Position numbers and translations under genes: made by a program
The notes under the pieces: generated by a model
What the model was told of the DNA's origin: nothing
The model's input: only the letters and a program-made list of their open reading frames with translations
Database searches by the model: none
Source: the human T2T-CHM13v2.0 reference genome, Homo sapiens
Direction: 5' to 3' (one strand)
Assembly (NCBI RefSeq): GCF_009914755.1
Contig: NC_060937.1
Length of the DNA: 64,000 bases
Part shown: positions 14,240 through 26,770 of the stretch, piece after piece
Layout: each line of letters begins with the position of its first letter
Position numbering within the stretch: position 1 is the stretch's first letter

Positions 14240-14470
14240 ATTGTACTTAGCAATAATACATCCTTGAAGGGATAACACTCCATTTGCCCTAATGTGATAA
14301 TTATGCACTTAGCAATAATACATCCTTGAAGGGATAACACTCCATTTGCCCTAATGTGATAATTATGCATTGTATTTCTTTATCAAAATATCTCATGCAC
14401 CCTGTAAATCTAAACACCTACTATATACCCATAAAAATTAAAAAATAAATTAAAACAAAATAAATCAAAT
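14240..14470 (+). mobile_element. L1MA1-3 type 3' end
   Basis: atgtgataattatgcattg...tatcaaaatatctcatgcaccctgtaaatctaaacacctactatatacccataaaaattaaaaaa followed by an A-rich tail. Confidence 0.8.
14245..14368. repeat. Perfect 2 x 62 bp tandem duplication
   Basis: 14245-14306 is identical base for base to 14307-14368. Confidence 0.98.
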
Positions 14471-14494
14471 AATAACAAATGTAAACTTGAAAAT

Positions 14495-14722
14495 AATATT
14501 TGGCATTTATTGAATGATCACTATACACAGACTTTCTTCAATGTTCCCTCATATATTAGCTGATTTATTCTTCATGACAACTTATAAAATTGTTATCATC
14601 CTTCTTTTATGTATAAGGAAACTGAGGAGTAGACAGGTTGAATAACTTAAATAAGACCCCATGGTATGGAGTGGAGCCAAGATTCAAATTGAGGGAATTT
14701 CACACTGAATTCTTACCTCTAA
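14495..14722 (-). mobile_element. MIR
   Basis: catttattgaatg...aaggaaactgagg...ggttgaataactt...ggagccaagattcaaa is antisense MIR. Confidence 0.75.
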
Positions 14723-14739
14723 TTCCAAATAAAACACTA

Positions 14740-15010
14740 ATATTTGAAAATACATTAAAAAGTATTGTGTATTTTATAAGTGGAATGTGGGGAAATAAGT
14801 TTTTATGAAATTAAAAATATAAAAATCTAAAAGAGTTGAATGTTTTAAAGTTTAACAAATTTGTACAGCAAAATAAACAGCAAAAATAAAGTTAAATGGT
14901 AAGATTAGGTTGGAGGAACGTGTTTACCAGGAAAATGAAAGAAAATGGTTAATATCCACCATATAATTAAAAACGTACTTCATATAGAATAAAAAACATA
15001 TGAGAAATTG
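14740..15010 (+). mobile_element. Ancient L1M(E) ORF2 fragment, probably continuing 13720-14200
   Basis: aaatttgtacagcaaaata...aaagttaaatgg...aaaatggttaatatccaccatata. Confidence 0.45.
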
Positions 15011-17469
15011 AAATATTCTCCTAAAAGATTCTATATTGGCATAACCATTAACCTATCCATTGAAGAAATACTTTTGATGGACTGTTATGGGGTGCAAAGA
15101 TGGGCAGGCAAATGCGTAGGTTTTTTCATCAGCAAGATTATAGTTTACTGATCTGTTACAAAGAAGCACAGCAGTGAGCATATTTGCCTTAAGCACAGAG
15201 GGGTAGCTCTTACTGTACATTTTCTAAGTGAGTTTTCAAAAATGGTTTACATAGTAAGGAATATGTTCAACAAGAGTATAGGATATAGGTTAACTATTCT
15301 AACTTACTACAACTTTTATTCTTGCATTATTTACATTCAGCATTATCATGCTTTTTTATCGTTTCAGTAGATAATAAAAATAGCATAGAAGATGTGGTAG
15401 AATTTTTTTCTTCTACCAGAACCTTCTCTAATATGTCATTTTAATCTGGGCACAGATGTTCTCCAACTTAAAAGAATTGAGAAAAATTAGAAAACAAAAA
15501 CAAAACTTTTTGAGGAAAATCTAGTACACCCAATACCAAGGAAGCTAAAGAGCTGCTCTGTTATCTTTCAATTTAATGGGGTGCTGAATTGTAGAGGGAA
15601 GAAAATGGATCTCAGTGTTATTAGACATGCTTCAGAATGTTTGTCCTTGACATTATTACATAAAATAACAATGCAGAAATCTAAGGTACATTTATGATCA
15701 GCAAATAAAAATTGTTGGCAGAGATTGAAATGCCCTGAGGAGGACAATTTGACCTTCTCTTATAACTGAAGCATATCAGTAAACATCACTGGTAAATTAA
15801 GATAAACAGTATTGTGAATGAAAGTAAAGTATGTGAATTTAAATGCACCTCTTTCGAATGAAGTCTGTGCAATTAAATATGAAGATATAATGCAATTAAA
15901 TTCTATTGTTGCTAAATAGCAACTGTTATTTTGTTAGGTTTTCAAAATGATCTGGTCATTTATGTCTTAGTAGCATATTTTGACAGCAGGCTTTCTTTTA
16001 TTTTTTAGTGACATGCTCCCTGACATTTTCTATTAATTCAGCATAGATATTGGGATTAGGATATTATCTTCACAGAAGAATATTATTTCCATATGTTTTG
16101 AGGATCAAGATTATATAATATTCACAGATATTGCAACTAAGCAACATAAAAACAGGATTCTATGAAATTCAGTCAATAACCATTTTAACAATGTAGGCTT
16201 GTCCTTCATGTTATATATTTTAATGACAGTGACAAATTTCCAAGAACTGGAAGAATGTCCTGTATACCTCTTTTACATTTGGCATAAAGCTAGCTAATCT
16301 GATCTGATTAATATATAAATCTATTAACCTATAAATGTAAAAGCATTCAAAAATAGAAAATTGATTTTTAAAAGTTGGAGAGAAGATATTTTTATTTAAA
16401 AATTAAAGTTTAAATGACACACCATTTGGAAAATAAATAGGTTACTGGAAAATACATTGAGATATTTAGTCAAATGAGATAATGGATAATCGAATGTCGA
16501 CAAAATCTGCTTCCCTTTAGTGTACATACCAGGAATATTTTAGTTAATAGGGATAAGGCAAAAGCCTCAAGAAAGTAAGTATATTTTGGTACAAAGATGT
16601 TAAGAGATGAAAGTTCTCTCGTTTTTGTCAGAAGTTTCTAAGGGTGAGAAATTCATTGTGATAGTACACAAATTTGCAATATACTAGTATTGATGTAACT
16701 AAGCCATATGAGTGGAGGAGGAAAAATTTAATCAGAATGAAAAGCAAGCACAATTATGTTGTACACACCAAAAGCCCATAATGAAATGTTTTATGGTTTA
16801 GATTCTCAACATTTTACTATAGAAAAAGTCTTCATATAAAAATAGAGAAAATATTTTGCCCTGTCATTGTATATCTTTTCTCACTATCAAAAGATTTTGA
16901 CTTTCTCCCTTTCCTTCTTTGACTTGAGTGTAGTTTTTAAGAACATTAAACTGAAAATGAGTAGTCAGATGATAAGCTAAAGCTTTCTATAAAAGCACCA
17001 AAAAATTTATAATGAAGCATAAAATCTGACACCCAGGAAAGACTGATCTTCCCATCAAGCTGTGATCTTTCCATTGCCAGAATAACATGCAAATGAAGCA
17101 AATGGTGGACTTGGAAACTAAGAATTCTTACCCCTTTCATCAACTAATTTAGCTATATATACATAAATTGTTCAAATACCATTCATCTTGTGGCAGTGGC
17201 GACTTATACTCAAGTGTTGTAGATGACTTGATTTTTAATTATTTCAGCATAAATGTCTAAGTTTCTTCTGTTTGGAGAGACTTAAATAAAACTAAGGATA
17301 ATGTTAATAGTTATTGGGAGTTAACTATTAATTATTAATAGTATAAGGGAAGAATGACATTAGCCAGAGGAGGGCAACAAAATTGACTAATCCTAAAACA
17401 ACTTATAGTATCACGTAGTATTTTTGATTGTTTATTATATACCATCCATTGCCTTAAAATATTCTACTA

Positions 17470-17640
17470 CTGTCCTATTCATTATCATACTTACTATAAT
17501 TAAGCCAGAACTATTTTTCATATTCCAGTTACAGATTAGGTAACTAAGGAATAGATACATTAAAAAACTTACCAATATATTGATCTTATAATGATATGAT
17601 TAAGATTGCAACCCAGAACACTTACATCAAGGGATATGTT
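17470..17640 (-). mobile_element. MIR
   Basis: ccagttacagattaggtaactaagg...aagattgcaacccag resembles antisense MIR. Confidence 0.55.
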
Positions 17641-18188
17641 TATCACCTACACACATGAAAATAGATCATAAAGGTTCTCAAAACATTAGAGTCAAGAAAA
17701 AAAGAAAGCAAATGGTAACTCTGAGCAGATCATTGAGATAATTCAATTTATCAACATTTAATTGCAAAATCAATTCTATAAGTGCTATGACGTAAGAGAT
17801 ACCTGAAAGACAACTCAAAATACGGAAAGAGGGATTCAATAACACACATTTTGTCCAATAGCAATATGGCAGATGCTTGTCACTTAGAGTGATTGAGTTC
17901 AGGATGGGGACTCCCACTTAGAAATACCCAGCCCCATGTTATGGAATTCACGTATGACTCCAGGGGACTGGGGACCAGAAGGAATAACAAATGGATACTA
18001 AAAGGACTGCTTTGCTAAATTTCCATAGGCAACAGTGGCACAAGAAGCTCTGCTTTTTAAACAACTCAGTAGAAGCGGGTGAGGAAGAAAGGTATCTTCC
18101 CTTTTAGAATTTCTCTAGGAGTGAGGATATTGGATGAGGAACATTACACATTTTATGAGCATGGAGTGAGTCAACCTGCAACTGAAGC

Positions 18189-18214
18189 AAAAAAAAAAAA
18201 AAAAAAACAAAAAA
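18189..18214 (+). repeat. Orphan poly(A) tract (A19-C-A6)
   Basis: Read directly; no SINE or LINE body upstream. Confidence 0.9.
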
Positions 18215-19488
18215 CACATTGAAGGGCATCATGCTTTGATGGTTTTATAGCAACGTCCCTGCTGCTGATAGGTGACTTTAGCGTATTTTGGCAAGAATGG
18301 AGGCTTCAGCACAGAATTATCGGGTAGGATGAATCATCTCAACAGACTGCAGCAGGAAATGTATAAACGAATCTCCTTAAACTAACTAGGAAGATGATTA
18401 GTTGATGAGCAGAAAGGAACAATTCCTGAAAAAGTCTAGAATTACTTAGGAAATTCTAAGAAAGGTGGAGTCCATTCAGTTTCACAGACACCGAAGATAT
18501 AACAATATTTACTTTTTCTACCATTATTGTGACTCACTTAGGCTTATTGTTTCTTGTACCCTGGACAAATTTGAGTACATTTGTGATGGTGCTAGAAATG
18601 TTGTATAAGAGACTATACAATACGTGACAGAAATAATTACTGTAGTCCTTGGAAGAATAATTTCTTTAATAAGATATGTCACTATTTTCAAGGAAATCAC
18701 CTGAAGATTTTTTGATAAAGGAGTCCGTGGCACAGTAACAAACCTTCACATCTACCCCCAAACCTAACATACAATTTGAAAGAAAAAAATAAACAAATAG
18801 AGATATGATCACTCATGGCATTATCAGATTTAAAAAAATTACAATTGTATGCATGAAAGTCACCTTATTAAAATTTTAAAATTCCTATCTACATATTTTC
18901 ATTTTAGAATGATTAGACTATAGATTGAATCTGATAAAATAATGTAGGTTTCAAAAACAAATCATAAAAATAAACAATTTAAACTAAAATATTACTATTA
19001 ACTAAAATATTAATCATCATTAATGGAATAAGAACTTAGAAAATTAAAAATGCAAATTATCAATAAAGAGTTGATACACGTAGATAGAAATACTTTCAAA
19101 GGGGTAATATGCATGCTATTTAAAAATATCTTAAATTTATTTTTATTTGAATTTAATGAAGCAAAATAGAACATAAAAATATTTAATCCAAACTTATTTT
19201 TTAACTCAAAATGTATTCACAAGATAATCATTCCTCTAAAATTATAAACAAAGATTATAAAACGTGGAGATCATGGGGTTATGATGATTTTATTTAACCT
19301 TTGGAAGGTAATAGCAGAATATACCAATTGATTGCTTTCATTAAAGTGAGTTTACTAATGTAACTGCTATTATATTGGCACACTTCTTCCATAGTAATGA
19401 ATCACAATATCTCCATCACTTCAGTGCTTCCATGTAAACAGTGAACTACTAAGATCCAAGGTGAAATAACAGACAAGAGAATAGTGTT

Positions 19489-19877
19489 TATTATGAGTTG
19501 AACCAGTTGCCCCTCCAATTGTTAAAGTCCTAACCCCCAGTACAGCAGAATGTGACTTTGTTTGAGATAGGAACTTTAAAGAGGTAATTTAGGTTAAATG
19601 AAGTCACTTGGACTGGGCCCCAGTACAACATGACTAGTGTCCTTATAAGAAGAGTTTAAGACATAAACATATACAGAAGAGAGATGATATGAAGGCACAG
19701 TGAGAAGGTGGTTATCTGTAAGTCAAGGAAAAAGGCCTCACAAGAAAAAGAAACAAACTTTGCTGACACCTTGATCTTGGACTTTCAGCCTCTAGAACTG
19801 TGAGGAAATAAATCTTTGTTTAAGCTACCCAGCCTGGGGTACTTAAACTGTTATGGCAGTCCTACTTAACTAATACA
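19489..19877 (+). mobile_element. MLT1B MaLR solo LTR
   Basis: gtcctaacccccagtac...gaatgtgact...tgtccttataagaagag...gacaccttgatcttggactt...ttatggcag...ctaataca; 5-bp TSD gtgtt/atgtt. Confidence 0.9.
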
Positions 19878-20379
19878 ATGTTACTGTATCTTTCTAGTCC
19901 TGGTATTCAGAAACACAAAGTATTATATCACAATATTGATATAATTTCATATCCTTTGTGTCTTTTCCTCAATAAAAACAATGAGTCATATGCTTCTCAT
20001 GGACTAAAATACATTTGTGATAGATCTCCAACAAGTTAGATTTAAGTGTATGCTTTGCACAACACATGGATGAATCATTTTTATCTTTAGCATATCAAAA
20101 TTCTTTCCTTTTAATTCTTTAAAATTTCTAGAATAAATTAGATTTCTCTGTTACAGTTTTAAACCTGGACCCAGTGTGATGCTTTACATTTTTTAGTCCA
20201 CTATTACCTTCCCCCTGAATATCATAGACTCCTGTATTCTTCAAAAGTATTTTAGATAAACCAAAATACTATATTCTGTCTGGGGGACTGAATAGAAGAA
20301 TAATTATTATTGCACACTGGCTTAAAATTCCCCTGGAGTTATTAAAAGTAAATTTATTTCATTAATAAACTTAAATGTT

Positions 20380-20654
20380 ACATAAATATCAATTCTGTTG
20401 AATATATGTATTATTTTTGTGTTATATTCTTCTTGAAAGCAATTGTGGTTAAGAATTACTGACCTTCAAGATGCTGAATCACTGATGCAAAACATATCTC
20501 AGCAAATCGTAGAGGAAATTTTCCAAACATAAATATAAACTCTAGTGAATGTGTGTATTATTTGTGTATTATAATCTTTATGAAAGCAATTGTGGTAAGA
20601 ATTACTGAACTTCAAGATGCTGCATCATTGATGCAAGCCACAGCTCAGCAAATC
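20380..20654. repeat. Diverged tandem duplication, two copies of about 128 bp, period 147
   Basis: 20380-20508 and 20527-20654 share tgaaagcaattgtggt(t)aagaattactga-cttcaagatgctg-atca-tgatgcaa and ctcagcaaatc. Confidence 0.92.
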
Positions 20655-20789
20655 AGAGTGAATTATAACTATATGGAAAATAATTAATATTAGTTCATCA
20701 TTTATTATAACACAAAAAATGTACTACTTATAATAATGTTGTAAATTTTGTATGATAATCAATTTGCTAGTGATAATGAGTACAAAAGA

Positions 20790-21010
20790 AGGAATTAGCA
20801 AACCTGTATTCCAAGTATGTAGCTAAGCAGTATTTCATTGAATTCTCATAGTAATGCTTAAAGTCAAGTATTGTTATTTCTATTTGGCATATAAAGAAAA
20901 TTAGTCTCAGAAGGGAATAGTTACCTATCCAAGATCAGCTAATACCTGGTTGCACCTAATCTGAAGCTCAGTTTTTTCTAAGTTCAAACATGTTCTCTTT
21001 CTATTACATG
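20790..21010 (-). mobile_element. MIR
   Basis: tttcattgaattctcatag...tattgttatttctattt...aaagaaaattagtctcagaag...ccaagatc resembles antisense MIR. Confidence 0.6.
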
Positions 21011-21017
21011 TTATATC

Positions 21018-21540
21018 CATTCATTCAAAGATCCTTTTTAAGTGATTGTTATTTGCAAGTCACCTTTCTAGATATTCTATACATGAGATTGAACAAAAGT
21101 GACATGGTGAACACATAATATTGGAGAAGTGAGGATACAAACAATAAATAAAATAAGTGAAATATATAGTAAGTTAGATGGCATTAACTAAAGTTATATA
21201 AAATATATAAAATTGTACAAAATTATATAAAAATTAAAACAAAGTGAAGATAAGTAATTATGTCAATGAACTGGTCAATTTTGACTAGAATGAATGAAGG
21301 ACTCATCAGGAAGACTTTAGAACAAAGACTTGAAATTGTTGAGGGTCATGTCGATATCAGGTCTAGTACATTGCAGGGAGAATAAATGTCAAAGTTAAAT
21401 GGAAAGGCCTGGGTTGTTTGAGCATTGTTGTCACTACAGCTAGAGCGGGGTCATCAAAGCAACGGTAGTATATGTGTTTGCAGAATACATGGCCCCGATC
21501 ATACAGTGGTATCTTGCCAAAAATGTAGGTAGTATTTTAA
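21018..21540 (-). mobile_element. L2 3' region
   Basis: Starts cattcattcaaa; aaataagtgaaatatatagtaagttagatgg and actttagaacaaagacttgaa are antisense L2a landmarks. Confidence 0.65.
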
Positions 21541-21709
21541 AAATGTAATTATTTGTGGAATTTCTAAAAGTACACGAAAGTACAGGAGTAGAATGCATAG
21601 AATAATAATTTTTCATGTATCCATAACCCAATCTTATTTCACCCATTCAGACGTGTGTATAGGCATATGTTGGTAGATAAATAGGAGAAACTATTTGTAT
21701 ATAGGTACT

Positions 21710-22790
21710 TTTTATTTATTTATTGCTTTGCTGAAGTAATTTAAAACAAACTAAAATGATCAACTCATTTACCCATAAATATTTCACTGTGAAATAGAAA
21801 AAAGCTTAATATTTTACATAACTGCACTCTCATTAAAACTGCTAATAAACTTGGCAGTAATTCTATAACATCATCTAGGCCCATCATTAAATTTCCCTAA
21901 TCGTCTTGCAACTTTCATTTTATAGCTGGTTTATTTCTAACAGAATCTAAATAAGAGCTACAATTTTGTTGGCCGTTTTTAGTCTTTTAAAATTTATAAT
22001 TTTAAAATGCTTTATTTTTTTCTTCAGGCAATGTTTTTTATTGAATAAACTGGAATGTGTGCCATATAAAAAAATTCCACATTTTTCTTGTAGTGTCTAG
22101 ATTTTTTCATTATGCCCTGAAAAATGTTAATTACATTTAAAGGTTTTGTAAGATTTAGGATCAGTTTTGGCAAGTCAGCCACAACAAAAGGCACAAATAT
22201 ATGGTTGTCCAACTATTAAGGATGTAAAACTGATTAGTGTGTTCAATTGTTAACAACCTGGTACCTCTGTTATAAATGACCTAATAAATGTTGCAGGTAG
22301 CGGTTTTATCAATTGGTTATTATTAATCCTTAGATAAATTACTTCATTCAGAATTTAAAAATTGTTATTTTGTAATTCTATCATTTTATTTGAAAAATTA
22401 TAAGAGCTTTTCCTCCAAGTGCTTAGTTAATCCCAAATATGGCTTTTGAAATAATAGCACAACTAATAAATTATGTTCAATGAGTAGTTTTAAATATCAT
22501 ATGAGCTAATATATATTTACATGTATTATGTTTTTCATTCAGTTGAAGTTGTTATTATTTTTGACACTCAAATGTTCTCATCATTGTATAGTGAGAACTC
22601 CTGGCCTTCAGTAACCTTTTGGCATCAACTCAGAAGATAATAATAGTTTTTAACTTTAATTCTTTGATGCATGAATTTTGTTTCTCTCCTTGAAAACTGA
22701 TTTTCTGATAATTTTAACATAACTGTGTTTATAAATAATCCTGCAATATCCATAGGCTAATTTAAAATAATAACACAGTTCACTACAGTA
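21710..22790 (-). mobile_element. L1MC4/L1MC5-like 3' UTR
   Basis: ttacccataaatatttca...ttacataactgca...aaatttccctaatcgtc...ttatagctggttt resembles the antisense L1MC4/5 3' end. Confidence 0.55.
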
Positions 22791-22860
22791 CCAAGAATTA
22801 AGACTACTTGGCCAGGGTTTTCTTGTGGTTTCTTTGACATCAAGGTTTACTGGGTCTTTT

Positions 22861-24129
22861 TATGCAGAAAGCTGAAACTGGATCCCTTCCTTAAACCTTA
22901 TACAAAAATTAACTCAGGATGGATTAAGGACTTAAATATAAGACCTAAAACCATAAAAACTCTAGAAGGAAACCTATTCAACACCATTCAGGACATAGGC
23001 ATGGGCAACAACTTCATGACTAAAACACCAAAAGCAAGGCAACAAAAGCCAAAATAGACAAATGGGATCTAATTAAATTAAAGAGCTTCTGCACAGCAAA
23101 ATAAAGTCAAATGGTATCTAATTAAATTAAAGAGCTTCTGCACAGCCAAATAAACTATCAGCAGAGTGAACAGGCAACCTATAGAATGGGAGAAAATTTT
23201 TGCAATCTATCTATCTGACAAGAGGCTAATATCCAGAATCTACAAAGAACTTAAATTTACAAGAAAAAAACAAACAACCCCATCAAAAAGTGGGAGAAGG
23301 ATATGAACACACACTTCTTGAAAGAAGACATTTGTGCAGCCAACAAACTTATGAAAAAATGCTCATCATCACTGGTCATTAGAGAAATGCAAATCAAAAC
23401 CACAATGGGATACCATCTCATGCCAGTTAGAATGGTGATCATTAAAAAGTCAGGAAACAGCAGATGCTGGAGAGGATGTAGAGAAAGAGGAACGCTTTTA
23501 CACGGTTGGTGTAAATTAGTTCAATAATTGTGGAAGACAGCGTGGTGTCTCCTCAAGGGTCTAGAACCAGAAATACCATTTGACCCAGCAATCCCATTGC
23601 TGGGTATATACTCAGAGGATGGTAAATCATTGTACTATAAAGACACATGCACGCGTATGTTTATTGCAGCACTGTTCATAATAGCAGAGTCTTGGAACCA
23701 ACCCCAATGCCCATCAATGATAGACTAGATAAAGAAAATACGGCACATATACACCATGGAATACTATGCAGCCATAAAAGAGGATGAGTTCATGTCCCTT
23801 GCAGGGATGTGGATGAAACTGAAAACCATCATTCTCAGCAAAGTAACACCAGAAGAGAAAACCAAACAACGCATGTTCTCACTCATAAGTGGGAGTTGAA
23901 CAATGAGAACACACGGACACAGGAAGGGGAACATCACACAGTGGGGCCTGCTGGGGGGTGCGGGGCTGGGGGAGGGATAGCATTAGGAGAAATACTTAAT
24001 GTAAATGACAAGTTGATGGGTGCAGCAAACCTACATGGCACATGTATACCTATGTAACAAAGCTGCACGTTGTGCACATGTACCCCAGAACTTGAAGTAT
24101 AATAATAGTAAAAAAAAAAAAAAAAAAAA
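22861..24129 (+). mobile_element. 5'-truncated L1PA6-like element (about 1.27 kb)
   Basis: ORF2 C-terminal peptides ([32 protein letters not shown]); 3' UTR ggagaaatac..atgtaaatgacaagttgatgggtgcagcaaacc; A20 tail. Confidence 0.97.
23057..23154. repeat. 2 x 49 bp tandem duplication inside L1PA6
   Basis: 23057-23105 vs 23106-23154, 3 mismatches. Confidence 0.95.
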
Positions 24130-25271
24130 GAATCCCCCCTCCAGAAAAAAAAGAGTTACTGGCACTTTTATATGTAGAGAATAGTGGTGAAATCATGTAA
24201 CTGCCCTAGCTTCATCCCTCAATGACTGGCTCTTCTGTTGTAACTAAGGATTGGATATATAGATAAATGATAGATAAAGTGGCTTGTCTATTTGTAATAT
24301 TTAGCAAAGTTCATCTCCTCTAAATCATTTCGCCACCAGTATTTTAAACCGTATCCTTTGTTTTGAACCTCAGGATTCTATTACACTCATCATAGATCTA
24401 TTCACCAATGCCTATTTCTTTAAGTTTTGGTGTGTTTCTCTTCTTAGATTTCATTGAAAGCTATTGAAATACTTGAAGACTGAGACTGCTCTAGGCCTTT
24501 ATGATTTTTCTGTGGTCCCTCAGTATGTCACTGAGCCATTATTATTATTACTAGTTGTTATCATTCTTATTTATCATTATTTATTTATGCTCTATTATTA
24601 ACACCTTCGAAAGGCTTTTTCAGCCATCTTTCAAACCTGTTTGTAAAGAAGCAGACACTTTCTTTTTGGGAGGTGCTTGTATTTGCGATTATGGGTATCT
24701 CAGATCACAGATCACAGCACAATCAGGACAAATTGAATTACAAACTTTGGCATGGGTGTGGATAACTTTATGCAGTAGCTTATGTTCTAGACAATAATCT
24801 CTATGTTCAATGACAGTTATAAAAAAGTTACATCCTAAATTTTAGTAAATGAGAAAAGTACAAAATTCTGCAGTGAATCTTTTCAAAAGATCTAAGATAC
24901 TATCCTGAATTAACCATATAGAACAATAGAAAATATATCATTTTCCTTTAAAACACTAGCGAATATTCTAAGCATATTATTTTCCTGGCTAACACGTTTT
25001 TGATGATTTGGAGACTTTCAACTTTTCTAGACAAATATGCAATTAAATGAGGTAAGATATTGATAAAGACCTAGTCATTCTAAAATGCTTGGGCTCATTT
25101 ATATTTCATATATTATAATACAATTTGACTCACATGCTTTTGAAGAATTTCAGTTAACACCGCATTGAAATGTACTTAACACATTCTTTCATAGCATTCT
25201 TTTTTACTATTTGCTCAGCTGTTTATTTTCTAAAAATACTACAAAATTATAGAGCTCATGTTCCATGTTAG

Positions 25272-25700
25272 CTTCTTATTAAAGCTCAATATACAAAAAA
25301 CAATGTGCTCAAATATTAAGTGTATAGTTCAATTAATTTTCACAGAGTGATGAGAGCGATCACTGTGTAAATAGTATTCAGATCAAGAAACGAAAATGAC
25401 CAGAACCTTAAAATCCCTTTAATGTCCACAAAGCAACCACTATCTTGACTTTTAATATAATAGATTAGTTTTATATAGTTTTGACCTTTATATTATATAT
25501 AAATAATTTGTATTGGTATAAATGGGATCATTCAGTATATACTCACTTGTGTCACTTCTTTCACTGAATATAATGTTTATAAATTTCTATATGTATGTAT
25601 CTGTTGGCTTGTAGTTTTTGCTTCTCATCTAAACGTCAACTGGTATTACATTCAATGAATATGCCATCGTTTATGCATTCATGGTACTGTTGATGGATTA
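25272..25700 (-). mobile_element. L1ME 3' end
   Basis: taagtgtatagttcaattaattttcacagagtg...cagatcaagaaac...caaccactatcttgactttt...aaatgggatcattcagtatatactc. Confidence 0.75.
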
Positions 25701-25854
25701 AGGTTTTGAAAGCAGGTATAATAATAGATAAATAATTTTTTATATCATATCATGTAACATGAGAAGTATATAAACATGTAGTTGGATTTATTAAGTTCTC
25801 ATAAATTTCAGGTGAAAAGGAAGAATAGTATACAAACTTAGAGCTCAGTTATAA

Positions 25855-26070
25855 AGCATTTATATTTTGTCACTAAGCATCTTTATACTTTATCTTATAT
25901 ATTTTGGTTCTTGAGATAATGGTGAGAACTACTTATATCAAAATCTTCTTTGTTTTGTTGGTGAAACCATGCCATGAGAATTTTAGAAGACTTTCATAGC
26001 AAGTAAATGGTAGTGATGGTATTGACTCAGATCTTTTATATTATAAAGACTATACACTTACCACTAAAGT
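25855..26070 (-). mobile_element. MIR (old subfamily)
   Basis: gcaagtaaatggtagtgatggtattgactcagatc...cacttaccacta resembles antisense MIR. Confidence 0.45.
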
Positions 26071-26770
26071 ATGTTACCATCTGTTGCATTGTATATTGCC
26101 CGAATGCACAGACAGTACTTTTTTTTGTCACCACTTTTGTGTCCCCTACAATGTTATACAAGTCCAATTGATTCATTGATTCTCTTCTCATTGAAAATTA
26201 GATCCTTATTGAAAGTTAGTCCCTGGAACAATTATGATCCTAAACTGAAAGCCTCTGAATCATAGACTCTCCTAATAAATTAAAGAAAATAGATGATTAA
26301 CATGTATTTAATTTAATGCATATGGCATCTTAGCATAGGCATAATTACATAGCTGAAATAAGTTCTGAAGAAACTCTGTACTGATGGAATAATTCTTTTA
26401 TGGTATTTCCTATGTTGGCCACTTAGTTTTAATCTATTGCCATTAACAGAATCTAAAGTAAATTAAAATTTTGGCAGAACCATTGTTGATATTTTTATTA
26501 TTTAAGTGATAAGTTATATAATTTTTACTTGTATGTATAATTAGGATATGTAATATTGTTGCTAAATTATTTACTTTTAATAATACTATAGGCTAAAATA
26601 TTTGGAAATAAAAAATATTGGAATTACTTTTATATTAAAGGGCTAGTACTTTTTGGATTCTTCATTCCAGGGGCTAATTGTGACTTTATGCTTTTCAAAA
26701 TTTAGTTCTTGATGGGAGATTGTCCCAAGAAGGTTTATGTTCACACACACACACAAAAGATTTGTGCACT

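Noticed and set aside
17087-18173. Octamer ATGCAAAT (17087-17094, also 9493-9500) and AP-1 TGAGTCA (18167-18173 and others)
   Set aside because: Several hits of 7-8-mers are expected by chance in 64 kb of AT-rich DNA, and there is no supporting context.
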